Positions 49,552 to 60,397 are shown, counted from the first letter of the stretch. The stretch: 64,000 nt of DNA from Promethearchaeota archaeon (GCA_048939995.1 JBHLOY010000005.1:64001-128000), one strand, 5' to 3'. Program-made: numbers and translations. Notes: generated by a model not told the origin, from the sequence alone.

Positions 49552-50475
49552 ATGGATAACTTTAACGATGAATTGGATCTAGCTTCTGACCTCGTAAATG
49601 TTGCCACTTTTATTACTGAATGGTTCAGAAAGGAAGGTTTTGAATCCTTTCAAAAGGATGATGATTCTCCAGTTACTTTAGCTGATTATGCGTCTCAACT
49701 TTATATTATTAATAAGTTAAAAGAAAACTTTCCTAAAGATCAAATTATAGCTGAAGAGAAATTTAATATCTATCTAAATAAAAGCACTCAAGATGTAATT
49801 AAAAGATGTTATGAATCATTAGGATTAGATATTATCAGAGATGTTGAAAGTATCTTAAATTATAGAGGACCTTCATCCCCACGACAATGGACAATTGATC
49901 CTATTGATGGAACCAAAGGTTTTCAGGAGAGACTAACTTATGCTGTAGGGATTGGCTTTAAAGTAGAATCGGAATTAAATGTTGCAGTAATCGGAGTTCC
50001 AAGTTATAATCAAAAAGGTAGAGCGATTTTTGTAGCGAAAAAGGATCAAGGAACTAAAGTCTCATACGGAAATAAAAATTTTCAAACTGTACATGTAAGT
50101 AAACAAGATCACATTGAATCTGCTCAAATGTGTCGCTCATTGCATTATGATAAACCATGGGTTATGGAGTTCGCAAGTTTGGCAAAAATAAAAAGTTTCT
50201 TTCAAATAGATAGTATGGCAAAATTTTGCATGATTGCTGATGGTTCTGCTGATTTATACATTAAACCTATAGATAAAGAAAGGGCTTATTCATGGGATTT
50301 TTTACCTGGAACTTTAATCGTGAAGGAGGCAGGAGGTGCAGTCTCTGATTTAAATGGTGAAAGTTTAATATTTAAAGATGAAAAATGTCTTACTACCGCC
50401 CCTGGACTTATAGTTTCAAATGGAATATTACATGAGGATATATTAAAGTTCATTAAAGAAATTTCATTTTATTAA
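49552..50475 (+). CDS. 3'(2'),5'-bisphosphate nucleotidase / inositol monophosphatase family (HAL2-like)
   Basis: SPVTLADY, AEE, IDPIDGTKGF, WD..G..IVKEAGG. Confidence 0.88.
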   Translation: MDNFNDELDLASDLVNVATFITEWFRKEGFESFQKDDDSPVTLADYASQLYIINKLKENFPKDQIIAEEKFNIYLNKSTQDVIKRCYESLGLDIIRDVESILNYRGPSSPRQWTIDPIDGTKGFQERLTYAVGIGFKVESELNVAVIGVPSYNQKGRAIFVAKKDQGTKVSYGNKNFQTVHVSKQDHIESAQMCRSLHYDKPWVMEFASLAKIKSFFQIDSMAKFCMIADGSADLYIKPIDKERAYSWDFLPGTLIVKEAGGAVSDLNGESLIFKDEKCLTTAPGLIVSNGILHEDILKFIKEISFY

Positions 50476-50487
50476 AAATTACCAGAA

Positions 50488-51576
50488 TTAAGTATAACTA
50501 TATAAATCTACTTGTTTACAGTCAATATTTCTAACTAAATTAGACAATTTTATTCCAACTAATCTGATCTTTTTATTTTTGGCCATAAATTCATTAAGCA
50601 ACTCTAAAATAATATTTAAAACCTTTTTTTCATTTTTGATGGGATAAGAGAAAGATTTTGAGCGAGAAAAAGTCAAAAATCCCTCTAATCGTATTTTTAA
50701 GGTTATTGTTCTGTAAAATACATTCTCTTCTTCTAACTTTTTATGAATTTTACTATTAATTTCCTCTAATTTGGAAAGGATTAATTTAAAATTGTTTGTA
50801 TCTTCTAAAAAAGTTCTCTCTTTACTAATAGATTTACGATCTTCATGGAACTCTTTGACTTCTCTATCATCAAGACCGTGCACAATTTTCCAAATCCAAA
50901 CTCCATGCTTTCCAAATCTTTTTTTCATTGTTGATAAGGGTACTTTGATAAGATCCCCAATAGAATAGATTCCATTCTTATTGTAATAAATCTTTGATTT
51001 TTTACCTATTCCTGGAATACGAGTAATCTCCAAATTCTCTAAAAAATGAATGATATTAGATGGTTCAACAACAGTAATCCCATTTGGTTTTTTAAAATCT
51101 GAAGCAATTTTTGCAGCAGATTTGGTAGGTGCTATCCCAATAGATAAAGTAATTCCAACCTTTTCAAAGATCTCTCTCTTTAATTCTTCTGCATATGTTT
51201 TGGCTTCAATAAAATCATTGCAGACATTACTAATATCTAGATATGCCTCGTCAATTCCTACTTGTTGAAAAATGGGAGAGTATTGTTTAATTATCATCAT
51301 TACTATTTCTGAAACTTCATTATATTTTTTGAAATTTGGATACATAAAATTTCCATGAGGACACAATTTGTATGCTCTTGAAATCGGCATTGCTGAGTGT
51401 AAACCATATTTTCTTGCTTCATAATTGCATGTGCTCACTACACCTCGACCTTCTCCCCTCTTAGGATCTGCTCCTATAATTACTGGTTTTCCTTTTAAAT
51501 TTGGATTCTCTCGTTCTTCAACTGCCGCAAAGAAGCAATCTAAATCACAGTGGAGTATAATTCGAGTCATCTTCAT
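50488..51576 (-). CDS. dinB: Y-family DNA polymerase IV
   Basis: HCDLDCFFAAVE, NYEARKYG, GIDEAYLD, KIASDFKKPNG. Confidence 0.94.
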   Translation of the reverse strand: MKMTRIILHCDLDCFFAAVEERENPNLKGKPVIIGADPKRGEGRGVVSTCNYEARKYGLHSAMPISRAYKLCPHGNFMYPNFKKYNEVSEIVMMIIKQYSPIFQQVGIDEAYLDISNVCNDFIEAKTYAEELKREIFEKVGITLSIGIAPTKSAAKIASDFKKPNGITVVEPSNIIHFLENLEITRIPGIGKKSKIYYNKNGIYSIGDLIKVPLSTMKKRFGKHGVWIWKIVHGLDDREVKEFHEDRKSISKERTFLEDTNNFKLILSKLEEINSKIHKKLEEENVFYRTITLKIRLEGFLTFSRSKSFSYPIKNEKKVLNIILELLNEFMAKNKKIRLVGIKLSNLVRNIDCKQVDLYSYT

Positions 51577-51716
51577 AAGAAGTGTTATATGATAATTAAA
51601 TCAAAATCCCATAATTTTCAAAGAATAACTAATAGTTATAAAAAAAAAGACCTATTGAATTTTTTAAACTTATGATTTTAACAACTCTTTTTAATTAATT
51701 TTTAATTTAATACTAT

Positions 51717-52391
51717 ATGTCAAAGGGTAAAGAGTCTTTCTATCGAAATGAAGTTCTCTGGGGGGCTAAAGCAATATATAAAAAAAATTTAGTAGATTTC
51801 GGAGAAGGCAATGTTAGTGTAAGAAATGGAAAAGAGAAGGAGTTATTCATTACACCTTCTTTTAATAATTATGAGACATTAGTGGAAGGACAAATTGTAC
51901 ATATGAACTTTGAAGGAACTGCGATAAGTAAAGGAAAATTACCCTCCACAGAGGTAAAAATGCATATTCTAATCTATCAATCTCGACCTAAGGTTCATGC
52001 AATAATACATACGCATTCACCTTATGCAACTATACTCTCAGTAAATCAAATGGATGTTCCAATTATAATGGAGGAGCAAATTGTATTCTTAGGTGGTTCA
52101 ATTGACATTTCTCCTTTTGGAGAAGCTCATACAGAAGAAATAGGTCAGAGCGCTCTTAGAGCTTTAGGAATTAAAAATGCTGCCCTATTAGCTAATCATG
52201 GAGTAATAGTTTGTGGAAAATCTATTGAACATGCTGTAAAGTTTGCTGAATTGGTTGAAAAGTTAGCAAAAGTATACTGGGGCGCTTTACAGGTTGGTAA
52301 GCCTAAATTTATTTCTGAAAGCCAAAGCACTAAATTTACCAAGCTATTTGAAAGCTTATTTGCTAGTTATTCTAGAATAAAAAGTAAATAA
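51717..52391 (+). CDS. Class II aldolase/adducin family protein
   Basis: GNVS, ITPS, PSTE, HTH, LANHG. Confidence 0.9.
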   Translation: MSKGKESFYRNEVLWGAKAIYKKNLVDFGEGNVSVRNGKEKELFITPSFNNYETLVEGQIVHMNFEGTAISKGKLPSTEVKMHILIYQSRPKVHAIIHTHSPYATILSVNQMDVPIIMEEQIVFLGGSIDISPFGEAHTEEIGQSALRALGIKNAALLANHGVIVCGKSIEHAVKFAELVEKLAKVYWGALQVGKPKFISESQSTKFTKLFESLFASYSRIKSK

Positions 52392-52410
52392 CGAGTATTA
52401 AGGCATCAAG

Positions 52411-53241
52411 ATGGAATTAGGAATAAGTAGTTTAGGGTTTATTATCGAATTAGGGTTATCAAACCCTTTTCAAGATATTCATGATTTATTATATAAGTCT
52501 ACGAAAGCATGTTTAGATTTTGCTGAGGAGAGGAGTATAAGTATAGTAGAATTAGTAATAGACCCTCCTGAAATACAAAAAGTAGAAAAGAGAGGTCAGT
52601 ATGTGAATTTGATTAATAATTATTCTATTAAAAAACAAATTCATGGTCCTTTTATTGATGTAAATCTCTGTTCTCATAATAATTTAATCTCAAAAGCTTC
52701 ACTCGAAATCTATATGCAAACTGCTAAATTTTGTAAGGAAATTAATGCCAAAATTATGACCATTCATCCTGGATTAGCTAATTCTATGCTTAAAACGATA
52801 CAAGACTACAACAAGAATCAATTAAAGTATTCTATCGAAGAATTATTAGATTTCACATCAAAATACAACCTCATAATTTGCATAGAAAATATGACCAAGC
52901 AAGCAGGAATCATGTTAGATGAAATTAATATAAAAGAAATTTTCTCATATATTAATCACAATGATCTCTATTTAACATATGACACAAGTCATTTTTATAC
53001 AAATAATGGAAATATTGAGTTATTATGGAAGATTTTTAATGCTAAAATTAAAAATGTTCATTTAGTTGATAATTTTACTAAGGAATCTGACACACATCCT
53101 CAATTAGGAATAGGAAAAATCAACTTTAAAGAAATATTCGATGTTATGAAAAGTTATTATTATGATGGTCCTTTAATTATAGAATTATCTTCTGCAAAAG
53201 ATTTAGATAGGAGTTTAAATTTTATCAATAAGTTTCTTTAA
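52411..53241 (+). CDS. Sugar-phosphate isomerase/epimerase (xylose-isomerase-like TIM barrel)
   Basis: IHGP, IHPG, IENM, YDTSH, HLVDN..DTH, IIE. Confidence 0.85.
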   Translation: MELGISSLGFIIELGLSNPFQDIHDLLYKSTKACLDFAEERSISIVELVIDPPEIQKVEKRGQYVNLINNYSIKKQIHGPFIDVNLCSHNNLISKASLEIYMQTAKFCKEINAKIMTIHPGLANSMLKTIQDYNKNQLKYSIEELLDFTSKYNLIICIENMTKQAGIMLDEINIKEIFSYINHNDLYLTYDTSHFYTNNGNIELLWKIFNAKIKNVHLVDNFTKESDTHPQLGIGKINFKEIFDVMKSYYYDGPLIIELSSAKDLDRSLNFINKFL

Positions 53242-53265
53242 ATCCTTATACGAGTTGATTTTTAA

Positions 53266-53658
53266 ATGAAAATTATCTCTCTACAAATAAATGATGATTT
53301 ATTACAACGTTTTGAAGAAGTAAGAATCCAAAGTGGGTTTAATTCAAAAAGTGAAGCACTTAGAGATGCTATTGTAAAATTTATTGAAGTCAATGAAATT
53401 TTTGAAAATATGAAGGGTTATAAAATTATGACCATTAATTTAGTTTATCCCTTCAAAGATATTATTGCTGATGAAATTTCAGAGATTTATAATCGTTTTC
53501 ATTCAATTATTAAAGCAATCACAGACTGGAGAATAGCTGATAAAAAAATTGAAGTTATTCTAACAGTTGGGGACATCCTTAATATAAAAGATTTATACAA
53601 TAATGTAGCTAAAATTAAAGATGTGATCTGTTCCATTCATGAAGTTATCATAGATTAG
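53266..53658 (+). CDS. NikR/CopG-like RHH regulator with ACT-like C-domain
   Basis: IISLQINDDLLQRF..SKSEALRDAI; C-domain layout resembles NikR. Confidence 0.8.
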   Translation: MKIISLQINDDLLQRFEEVRIQSGFNSKSEALRDAIVKFIEVNEIFENMKGYKIMTINLVYPFKDIIADEISEIYNRFHSIIKAITDWRIADKKIEVILTVGDILNIKDLYNNVAKIKDVICSIHEVIID

Positions 53659-53659
53659 C

Positions 53660-54523
53660 TTAATCTAAGCGTAATGATAAATCTACTTGCTTAAATGGTG
53701 CGTATGTTAAATTCCCTATACTAATTATATCTGGTTCTGCTAAAATATAATCAACAATATTTTCCTTGTTAATACCTCCTGATACTTCAACAATCACTTT
53801 ATCACGTAAATTATTATTCCTTAGTGCATTTATAGCATCTTCAACTTGATCGGGAGACATATTATCAAGCATTATGATATCTGCTCCGTTGCGAGCTGCG
53901 ATTAATACGTCTTCGACGTTTTCTATTTCTATTTCAACTTTTTTGGTAAAACTCATATTATTCATTACAGCGCTTAATAATTTCTTAATATCTTTATTGT
54001 AGTGCTTTAAATGCGTATCTTTTAGTAATATCATATCATCTAAAGAGAAACGATGGGATTCACCTCCTCCTAAAATAACCGCTTTTTTTTCAAATATCCG
54101 AAGTCCAGGAATAGTTTTTCTTGTGGCGGCTATTTTTACATTTTTACCAGTTGAGTTTACAATATTTACATATTCTCTAGTGGTGGTGGTAATAGCAGAC
54201 ATATGTGAAATTAAGTTTAATCCAACACGTTCTGCAATTAAGATATCCCTAGTATTTCCTCTTAATTCTACTATAATCTCATCTTTTTTAAATTTTTCTC
54301 CATCCTTTTTCTTAAAATCGCTTTCTACTTTTAAGATTGTAAAGAGAATAGCTAACTCTTCTAACCCAGAAATGTAACCGCCGCTTTTGGCAATTATTTT
54401 AGCAGATGATTTTGAATCGGATGGTATAAAATGAGATGATATATCGATAAAATTACAATCTTCTTCGAGAAATTCTCGTATTTTCCGTTCAATAATTATT
54501 TTATTGAAACTCATTTTTTTCAT
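53660..54523 (-). CDS. nadC: Quinolinate phosphoribosyltransferase
   Basis: AERVGLN, ATRKT, HRFSL, LKDTH, MLDNM, SGGI. Confidence 0.93.
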   Translation of the reverse strand: MKKMSFNKIIIERKIREFLEEDCNFIDISSHFIPSDSKSSAKIIAKSGGYISGLEELAILFTILKVESDFKKKDGEKFKKDEIIVELRGNTRDILIAERVGLNLISHMSAITTTTREYVNIVNSTGKNVKIAATRKTIPGLRIFEKKAVILGGGESHRFSLDDMILLKDTHLKHYNKDIKKLLSAVMNNMSFTKKVEIEIENVEDVLIAARNGADIIMLDNMSPDQVEDAINALRNNNLRDKVIVEVSGGINKENIVDYILAEPDIISIGNLTYAPFKQVDLSLRLD

Positions 54524-54573
54524 AGGAAATTATTTGTAGTATAATTATTATAGATTAAACCTTAAATAAAATT

Positions 54574-55212
54574 ATGGTAGAAATAGAAACAATATTTATT
54601 CAAAGTAATCAAGTTAAACTTGAAGCTGAATATTTTCAATCGAATAAGAACTTAAAAAACATTAGTGTATTAATTACTCATCCACATCCTCAATTTGGGG
54701 GAGATATGTATAATAATGTAGTAAGTGCAATTTTTAAAGGATTTATTCACAAAGATATCTCTTGCTTAAGATTTAACTTTCGGGGAGTTGGGCAATCAAA
54801 AGGAAGTCACACAGACGGTAAAGGCGAATTAAATGATGTAAAAGCAAGTATCGATTATCTTCTTAATGAGAGGGGAAATGAAAATTTATTTTTATGTGGA
54901 TATTCTTACGGAGCAGCAATTGGGTGTTCTTTAATTAATCATTCTGATAAAATAATTGCATATGCGGCAGTTTCATTCCCTTGGGATTTCATGGGGGAAA
55001 AATATAAAAGCTTGTCTCAATCACCCAAACCAAAACTATTTATCCAAGGAGATAATGATAATATCGCCTCTTTTGCTAGATTTGAATTACATTTCAATGA
55101 TTATCAAAATCCTAAAGAATACAAAATAATTAGTGGAGCTGATCATTTCTACTGGGGTTATGAAACTCAAGTTGCTAAAATAGTTTTAGATTTTTTATTC
55201 TCATTAATTTAA
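54574..55212 (+). CDS. Alpha/beta hydrolase
   Basis: HPHPQFGG, RFNFRGVG, GYSYG, GDND, ADHF. Confidence 0.9.
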   Translation: MVEIETIFIQSNQVKLEAEYFQSNKNLKNISVLITHPHPQFGGDMYNNVVSAIFKGFIHKDISCLRFNFRGVGQSKGSHTDGKGELNDVKASIDYLLNERGNENLFLCGYSYGAAIGCSLINHSDKIIAYAAVSFPWDFMGEKYKSLSQSPKPKLFIQGDNDNIASFARFELHFNDYQNPKEYKIISGADHFYWGYETQVAKIVLDFLFSLI

Positions 55213-55253
55213 ATGAATTTAATTAAACCTCAAAATTAATTGAGTTTAAAATT

Positions 55254-55652
55254 TTAAATTGATGAGAGCTTTTCAAGGTCATCGCGGCTGTTATCTTCTG
55301 CCCAGTCTAAAAGCTGGTCGTAATATTTTTCAATATCTTCAGATTCTGGTACTTTTGAAAGAACAGCTAAAAGAAATTGAGTCTTTTGATCTTTCATAAT
55401 TATATTCCTACAAACAATAAAATCCTCGAGATATTTTATCTTCATACTGGCAAGTCGTGATAGATCTAATTCTTCTGATGCTTTATAAGCTGAATCACTC
55501 AACAATGAACCCATCGCAGCAATCACTCGTTCATCAACATCATCAGCCTTTTGTGAAGCCAAAACTAACCCAGTTGAAGTAGAAAATAAAGATGCTCGAA
55601 AATTGCCGTTATCATTCAATTCTTTCAAGACCATTTCTAATCTACTGACCAT
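55254..55652 (-). CDS. Roadblock/LC7-domain protein
   Basis: ASLFSTSTGLVLAS..IAAMGSLL..A..ELDL. Confidence 0.8.
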   Translation of the reverse strand: MVSRLEMVLKELNDNGNFRASLFSTSTGLVLASQKADDVDERVIAAMGSLLSDSAYKASEELDLSRLASMKIKYLEDFIVCRNIIMKDQKTQFLLAVLSKVPESEDIEKYYDQLLDWAEDNSRDDLEKLSSI

Positions 55653-55747
55653 GAAATCACGAAATTTTATTTTAAAATTGTTCTCGCGTTTATTAATTTG
55701 TATATTAAATATGAAGATTCATTTATTTAATATATACTTATTTTTCT

Positions 55748-56269
55748 TTATATATTTAGATTTATTAAAAAAGTAGTTAATATCTCATCCTTATCTATAT
55801 TTAAAGTAATAACACTAGATCTAGCTACTGGCTTATCAAACCCTCTCTTCTGAGGAGGGGCTACTGGTTTGGTTGGACTTCCGGGATTAATTAATAATGT
55901 ATTGTATGGTGTACCTTTAATTAAAGGCTGATGGGTATGTCCAGTAATTAAGATATTTAAATTAGTTTCTCCAAAAAAAGCTTCTAAATTATCTGGTTCT
56001 TGATGAATTACTCCAATATTATATCGACCTACTGAAAATTTAATAAAATCAGGTAAATTTTCTATTTTATCTTCATTTCCTCTAACACATTTAGTCGGCG
56101 CTATCTTTTCTAACTCTAATAGAAATAAGTTATTACAAACATCTCCAGCATGGATTATTTCATCTACACCTTTGAATGCTTTTTTCAATTGAACGATTAA
56201 GCTTTTGATCGGAATTGGATCTGTATCTGAAACAAAATGAGTGTCAGCAATAATCCCAAATTTGACCAT
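55748..56269 (-). CDS. YfcE/Vps29-family metallophosphoesterase
   Basis: IADTH, HAGD, GNED, GHTH, NPGS. Confidence 0.9.
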   Translation of the reverse strand: MVKFGIIADTHFVSDTDPIPIKSLIVQLKKAFKGVDEIIHAGDVCNNLFLLELEKIAPTKCVRGNEDKIENLPDFIKFSVGRYNIGVIHQEPDNLEAFFGETNLNILITGHTHQPLIKGTPYNTLLINPGSPTKPVAPPQKRGFDKPVARSSVITLNIDKDEILTTFLINLNI

Positions 56270-56284
56270 TTTAATCTTTTGGTT

Positions 56285-57355
56285 CTATATTAATATAATT
56301 CCAATGATATAAATTATCAAACCAAAAAGAAAATCAGCAATAATTCTTACAATTTTATGGGAAGTATTTTCTTTAATTGTAGTGTCATTTTTAAAGTATG
56401 CTCCAAATTCTCTAACACCGATAGATAATCCTTCTTTTATTCGACGAAATTGCCAAATTAGCAATAATAGACTTATTACTAATAGCGGGCAGTATAGATA
56501 AAGTGAAAATGGAAAGAAACTATTTCCTTGTAAATAGTTCCAAATTGTATTAGCGCTAATAATGTTATTAATTGCATGAGCGAAAAACGCAGGGAATAGC
56601 CATCTTTTTCTTATAACTACCATTGCCAAAATAATTCCAACAAAGAAGGTTTGTAGAAACCAAATAATTGGAAAAATTATTGGAAGATCTATCGTATATG
56701 AGGTAAATATATAAGAAAAGTGCCCTAAACCAAAAAAGAAGGAGGACATTATTACAGCAGACATATTATTAAGATAATCGCTCCCTCTATTGGCTAGAAA
56801 TCCACGACTTAATGATTCTTCATATATCGCAACACTGCTTTGAATTATTAAGACTGATATAATGAAATAAGAATAACTTTCTAGAAGATATGAGTTAAAA
56901 GAGGCTGGAGAATAAACGTCGAGTGCTATGGTTAGGTATTCCAACATGTTTGGAAAAATCAAATAAGTAAAAAAATCCAGAGGAATAAAGACTAAAAACA
57001 GTAAAAGAAGACCATAAAGTAATTGATATTTATAATTCCTTTCTGGAATTCTTAGTAAATTAATAAAGTTTTTTGAAGGACTAACATCTTCTTTTAATAT
57101 TAATTTTCTCTTTTGTGATTGTAGAGCAAAATTAGACACAATTAGAAAAATTGGAATAGCTGCTAAAATAATAAAAGCCCTGAATAGAAAATATAAAGGT
57201 TCATAAGCTCTTGAGTTTACATCTACAACTAAATTAGGGACAAATGTGGGTATTAACAAAAATAAAAAAATCCCTAGAAAAATTATTAAGATTTCAACAA
57301 GGAAATAAAGCCTTTGTCTAAAAATTAGGTTTGTTGAACTCCTTAGTTTTACCAT
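56285..57355 (-). CDS. CPBP (Rce1/Abi) intramembrane glutamic protease
   Basis: EESLSRG, FGLGH, AHAINN; multi-TM. Confidence 0.88.
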   Translation of the reverse strand: MVKLRSSTNLIFRQRLYFLVEILIIFLGIFLFLLIPTFVPNLVVDVNSRAYEPLYFLFRAFIILAAIPIFLIVSNFALQSQKRKLILKEDVSPSKNFINLLRIPERNYKYQLLYGLLLLFLVFIPLDFFTYLIFPNMLEYLTIALDVYSPASFNSYLLESYSYFIISVLIIQSSVAIYEESLSRGFLANRGSDYLNNMSAVIMSSFFFGLGHFSYIFTSYTIDLPIIFPIIWFLQTFFVGIILAMVVIRKRWLFPAFFAHAINNIISANTIWNYLQGNSFFPFSLYLYCPLLVISLLLLIWQFRRIKEGLSIGVREFGAYFKNDTTIKENTSHKIVRIIADFLFGLIIYIIGIILI

Positions 57356-57459
57356 AAATTATCCTTACATTTGATAATTTGAATATCATAGTATTGATTT
57401 AAAAAATTTTAAACTTTACTTTTTCCCTTATCAAAATACCCTTTGAAATAATTCTACAG

Positions 57460-58641
57460 TTAATCATAACTAAAAATTCCAAATTCCGATTCGATTTCAA
57501 CGGCATTTTTATTTTGAACGGGATTTTTCTGACAATAACCAATGATTTTACAGTCTATATTATAACTTTTAATAATATTAATAATGTCCTTTGAATAAGA
57601 CTCATTACAATAAATTTCCATTCTATGGCCCATATTAAATGTCTGAAACATTTCCCTCCATTCTGCTTTAGAAGATTGTTGAATAAGTCTAAAGATTTTT
57701 GGAATCTCAAACAAACTATTTTTACAAAACTTGATACCTTTTCCAAAATTTAATATTTTTGTTTGACCACCCCCAGTATTATGAATTATGCCATTTATTT
57801 TGCTCCTAAACTTTTTTAACACTTCTATAATAACAGGGGCATAGGTTCTTGATGGAGAAAGAAGAGCCTTACCAATTGTCATATCTAATTCTTCAACTTT
57901 GTCAGTTAAAAGGCTATTTCCAAAAAATATAAACTTTTTATCAATATAAGGATCGATACATTCGGGATATTTTTTATAATAATCATGTGAAAGCAGTCCA
58001 TGCCTAGCTAAAGTCAAACCATTACTACCGATCCCACTGTTATAATCACTCTCATAAGTTGCCTTTCCATAGCTAGCTAAACCTATTATGACATCGTCAC
58101 TTTGTATGGTACTTGCATCAATTACTTCAGATTTTTTCATAGTTGTGAATATAGATGCATCAACAAGCAAAGTTCTAACAATATCCCCCACATCAGCAGT
58201 TTCTCCTCCTGAAGTAATAATTTTTAGTCCCAAACCAGAGAGTTCATTAGAATAAGATTCATATTCATCTATAATTGTATTAATTATTTCTCCGGAAATG
58301 AAATTCCGATTCCTACTGATATTATTGGATAAAAATATATTACTTGTTGCTCCAACGCATATAATATCGTCTACATTCATTACTATAGCATCATTGACTA
58401 TGCCCCTAAATACAGAAAGATCATTTGTTTCTTTATAATACATATAAGCAAGAACAGATTTTGTACCTGCTCCATCAGAATGGAAAATTGAACAATAATC
58501 TTTACGATTATTAATATCTCTTACAATTTTGCAGAAAGCTCCTGGAAATAATCCCTTATCAATTGATTTAACCGCTTTATGCACATCCTCCTTTTTGGAT
58601 GAAACTCCCAAATTAGAATATATATTTTTATTATTATGCAT
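57460..58641 (-). CDS. purM: AIR synthase (long variant)
   Basis: GLFPGAFCK, HSDGAGTK, MNVDD, GGETAD, SNGLT, HNTGGG, FNMG. Confidence 0.9.
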   Translation of the reverse strand: MHNNKNIYSNLGVSSKKEDVHKAVKSIDKGLFPGAFCKIVRDINNRKDYCSIFHSDGAGTKSVLAYMYYKETNDLSVFRGIVNDAIVMNVDDIICVGATSNIFLSNNISRNRNFISGEIINTIIDEYESYSNELSGLGLKIITSGGETADVGDIVRTLLVDASIFTTMKKSEVIDASTIQSDDVIIGLASYGKATYESDYNSGIGSNGLTLARHGLLSHDYYKKYPECIDPYIDKKFIFFGNSLLTDKVEELDMTIGKALLSPSRTYAPVIIEVLKKFRSKINGIIHNTGGGQTKILNFGKGIKFCKNSLFEIPKIFRLIQQSSKAEWREMFQTFNMGHRMEIYCNESYSKDIINIIKSYNIDCKIIGYCQKNPVQNKNAVEIESEFGIFSYD

Positions 58642-60010
58642 CTTTTAAATTGAATTTTTTCTTGAGATATTTTTTCAACTCCTCAGCTTGTTCAATTGCC
58701 TTCCCGATATATTCATGAGGGTCTAACAATTCATTTATTTCTTCTTCAGAGAATTCATTTTTAATGATACTATTTTCAAGTAAAATATCCTTGATCATAC
58801 GATTTTCTTTCCTAGATATTAGAGCAGATTTTCTTAATATCTCATGCCCCTCTTGCCTTCCAAGACCCTTATCAACCAATCTTACCATCACTTTTTCTGC
58901 TAAACAAGCGCCTTTAGTTAGATTTAAGTTTTCTTCAATTTTATTTTCATCAAATTCAATATTAGACAGATTCTCTATTAATTGTTTTATCATAAAATCT
59001 AATAATACAAAATTTTCAGCAAAAATAATTCTTTCATTTGCAGAATTTGTTATATCTCTTTCATCCTCAAGAATAATATTATCTAAAGCAGGGATTACGT
59101 TAGATTTTATAAGCCTTGCTAAACTACAAATTCTCTCGGATTTATAAGGATTTCTTTTATGTGGCATTGTTGAACTTCCCACTTGAGCTCCTTTAAAAGG
59201 TTCAAACATCTCTGATATTTCAGTTCGTTGTAATATACGAAATTGGGTAGCTATTTTTGCTAAAGTTTGACCAATTAAAGCAGTCAATAGTATTACTTCA
59301 GCATGCCTATCTCTTTGTATAATTTGATTAGCAATAAGAACTGGATTCAAATCAAGCTCTTTCATGATAGCTCTTTGTAGCTCGATACCCTGATCACCAA
59401 AACTCGCCATAGTTCCAACGGCTCCCGACATTTTTCCATAGGAAATGCGTTCTAATATTTCATTTATTCTATCAAGATGTCGATTTACTTCATAAGCCCA
59501 TACACCAAATCTCATGCCATATGTTGTTGGTAAAGCATGCTGCCCGTGTGTTCTTCCAATGCAGATATTATCCTTATTTTTATCTATCTGTATTATTAAT
59601 ACTTGCAATAGCTTTAAGAGTGATACTCGAGTATAATTTAATGCCTCTTTTAATTGTAACGCTGTAGCAGTATCTTCTATATCATAGCTAGTCGCTCCTA
59701 GATGAATATATTTGCCTGCATCGCCCTCACATTGTTCCGTTAGAGCCTTTACCATAGCCATTAAATCGTGATGAATTTTACTATCAATTTCTTTCACACG
59801 TTCTAATTTGACGTAATCTAAATTTGCTTTCTTGACAATTTCTTCTGCTGCTATTCTAGGAATATTTCCAAAGTCAGAATGAACTTTAGCTAGAACAGCT
59901 TCTACTTTTAGCCAGGTTTCCAGTTTTTTTTCTTCTGTGAATAGCTTAGCCAATTCAGTGCGATAGCGGGTTTCAATAGGATGTATATATTTATGGTTCA
60001 TAAAGTTCAC
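58634..60010 (-). CDS. purB: Adenylosuccinate lyase
   Basis: HLGATS, GRTHGQHA, GSSTMPHKRNP. Confidence 0.96.
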   Translation of the reverse strand: MNFMNHKYIHPIETRYRTELAKLFTEEKKLETWLKVEAVLAKVHSDFGNIPRIAAEEIVKKANLDYVKLERVKEIDSKIHHDLMAMVKALTEQCEGDAGKYIHLGATSYDIEDTATALQLKEALNYTRVSLLKLLQVLIIQIDKNKDNICIGRTHGQHALPTTYGMRFGVWAYEVNRHLDRINEILERISYGKMSGAVGTMASFGDQGIELQRAIMKELDLNPVLIANQIIQRDRHAEVILLTALIGQTLAKIATQFRILQRTEISEMFEPFKGAQVGSSTMPHKRNPYKSERICSLARLIKSNVIPALDNIILEDERDITNSANERIIFAENFVLLDFMIKQLIENLSNIEFDENKIEENLNLTKGACLAEKVMVRLVDKGLGRQEGHEILRKSALISRKENRMIKDILLENSIIKNEFSEEEINELLDPHEYIGKAIEQAEELKKYLKKKFNLKDA

Positions 60011-60202
60011 TTTAAATACTACTTTTCTAATCTAATAAAAATAATAATTTTTTATTATCTTTTCTATTAAAAATCTGATATCCTTAACAATTATAATAGA
60101 ATATACCAATATTAATAAGAAATTTCTATGTATTATATATAGCAAATTAATAAATTTTTAACCTTATAACAATTTTAAGCAGCTACAATTTTTTATAATG
60201 GA

Positions 60203-60397
60203 ATGCAGAAGAGATATTATTTCTTTCGATGTTATCATTGTGGCGAATGGTATTATTTTAATAGAATTATTAAAACAAAAAAATGTTGGAAATGTAATCG
60301 TTCTTTTACGTTTAAACCATCAACCAAATTTTCAAAAGAAGTAACCCCTTCTCAAGCGATTAAAATTATTAAATATTTAAAAGAAAAATCAAATTAA
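60203..60397 (+). CDS. Small zinc-ribbon protein (DUF1922-like)
   Basis: FRCYHCG..KTKKCWKC. Confidence 0.7.
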   Translation: MQKRYYFFRCYHCGEWYYFNRIIKTKKCWKCNRSFTFKPSTKFSKEVTPSQAIKIIKYLKEKSN

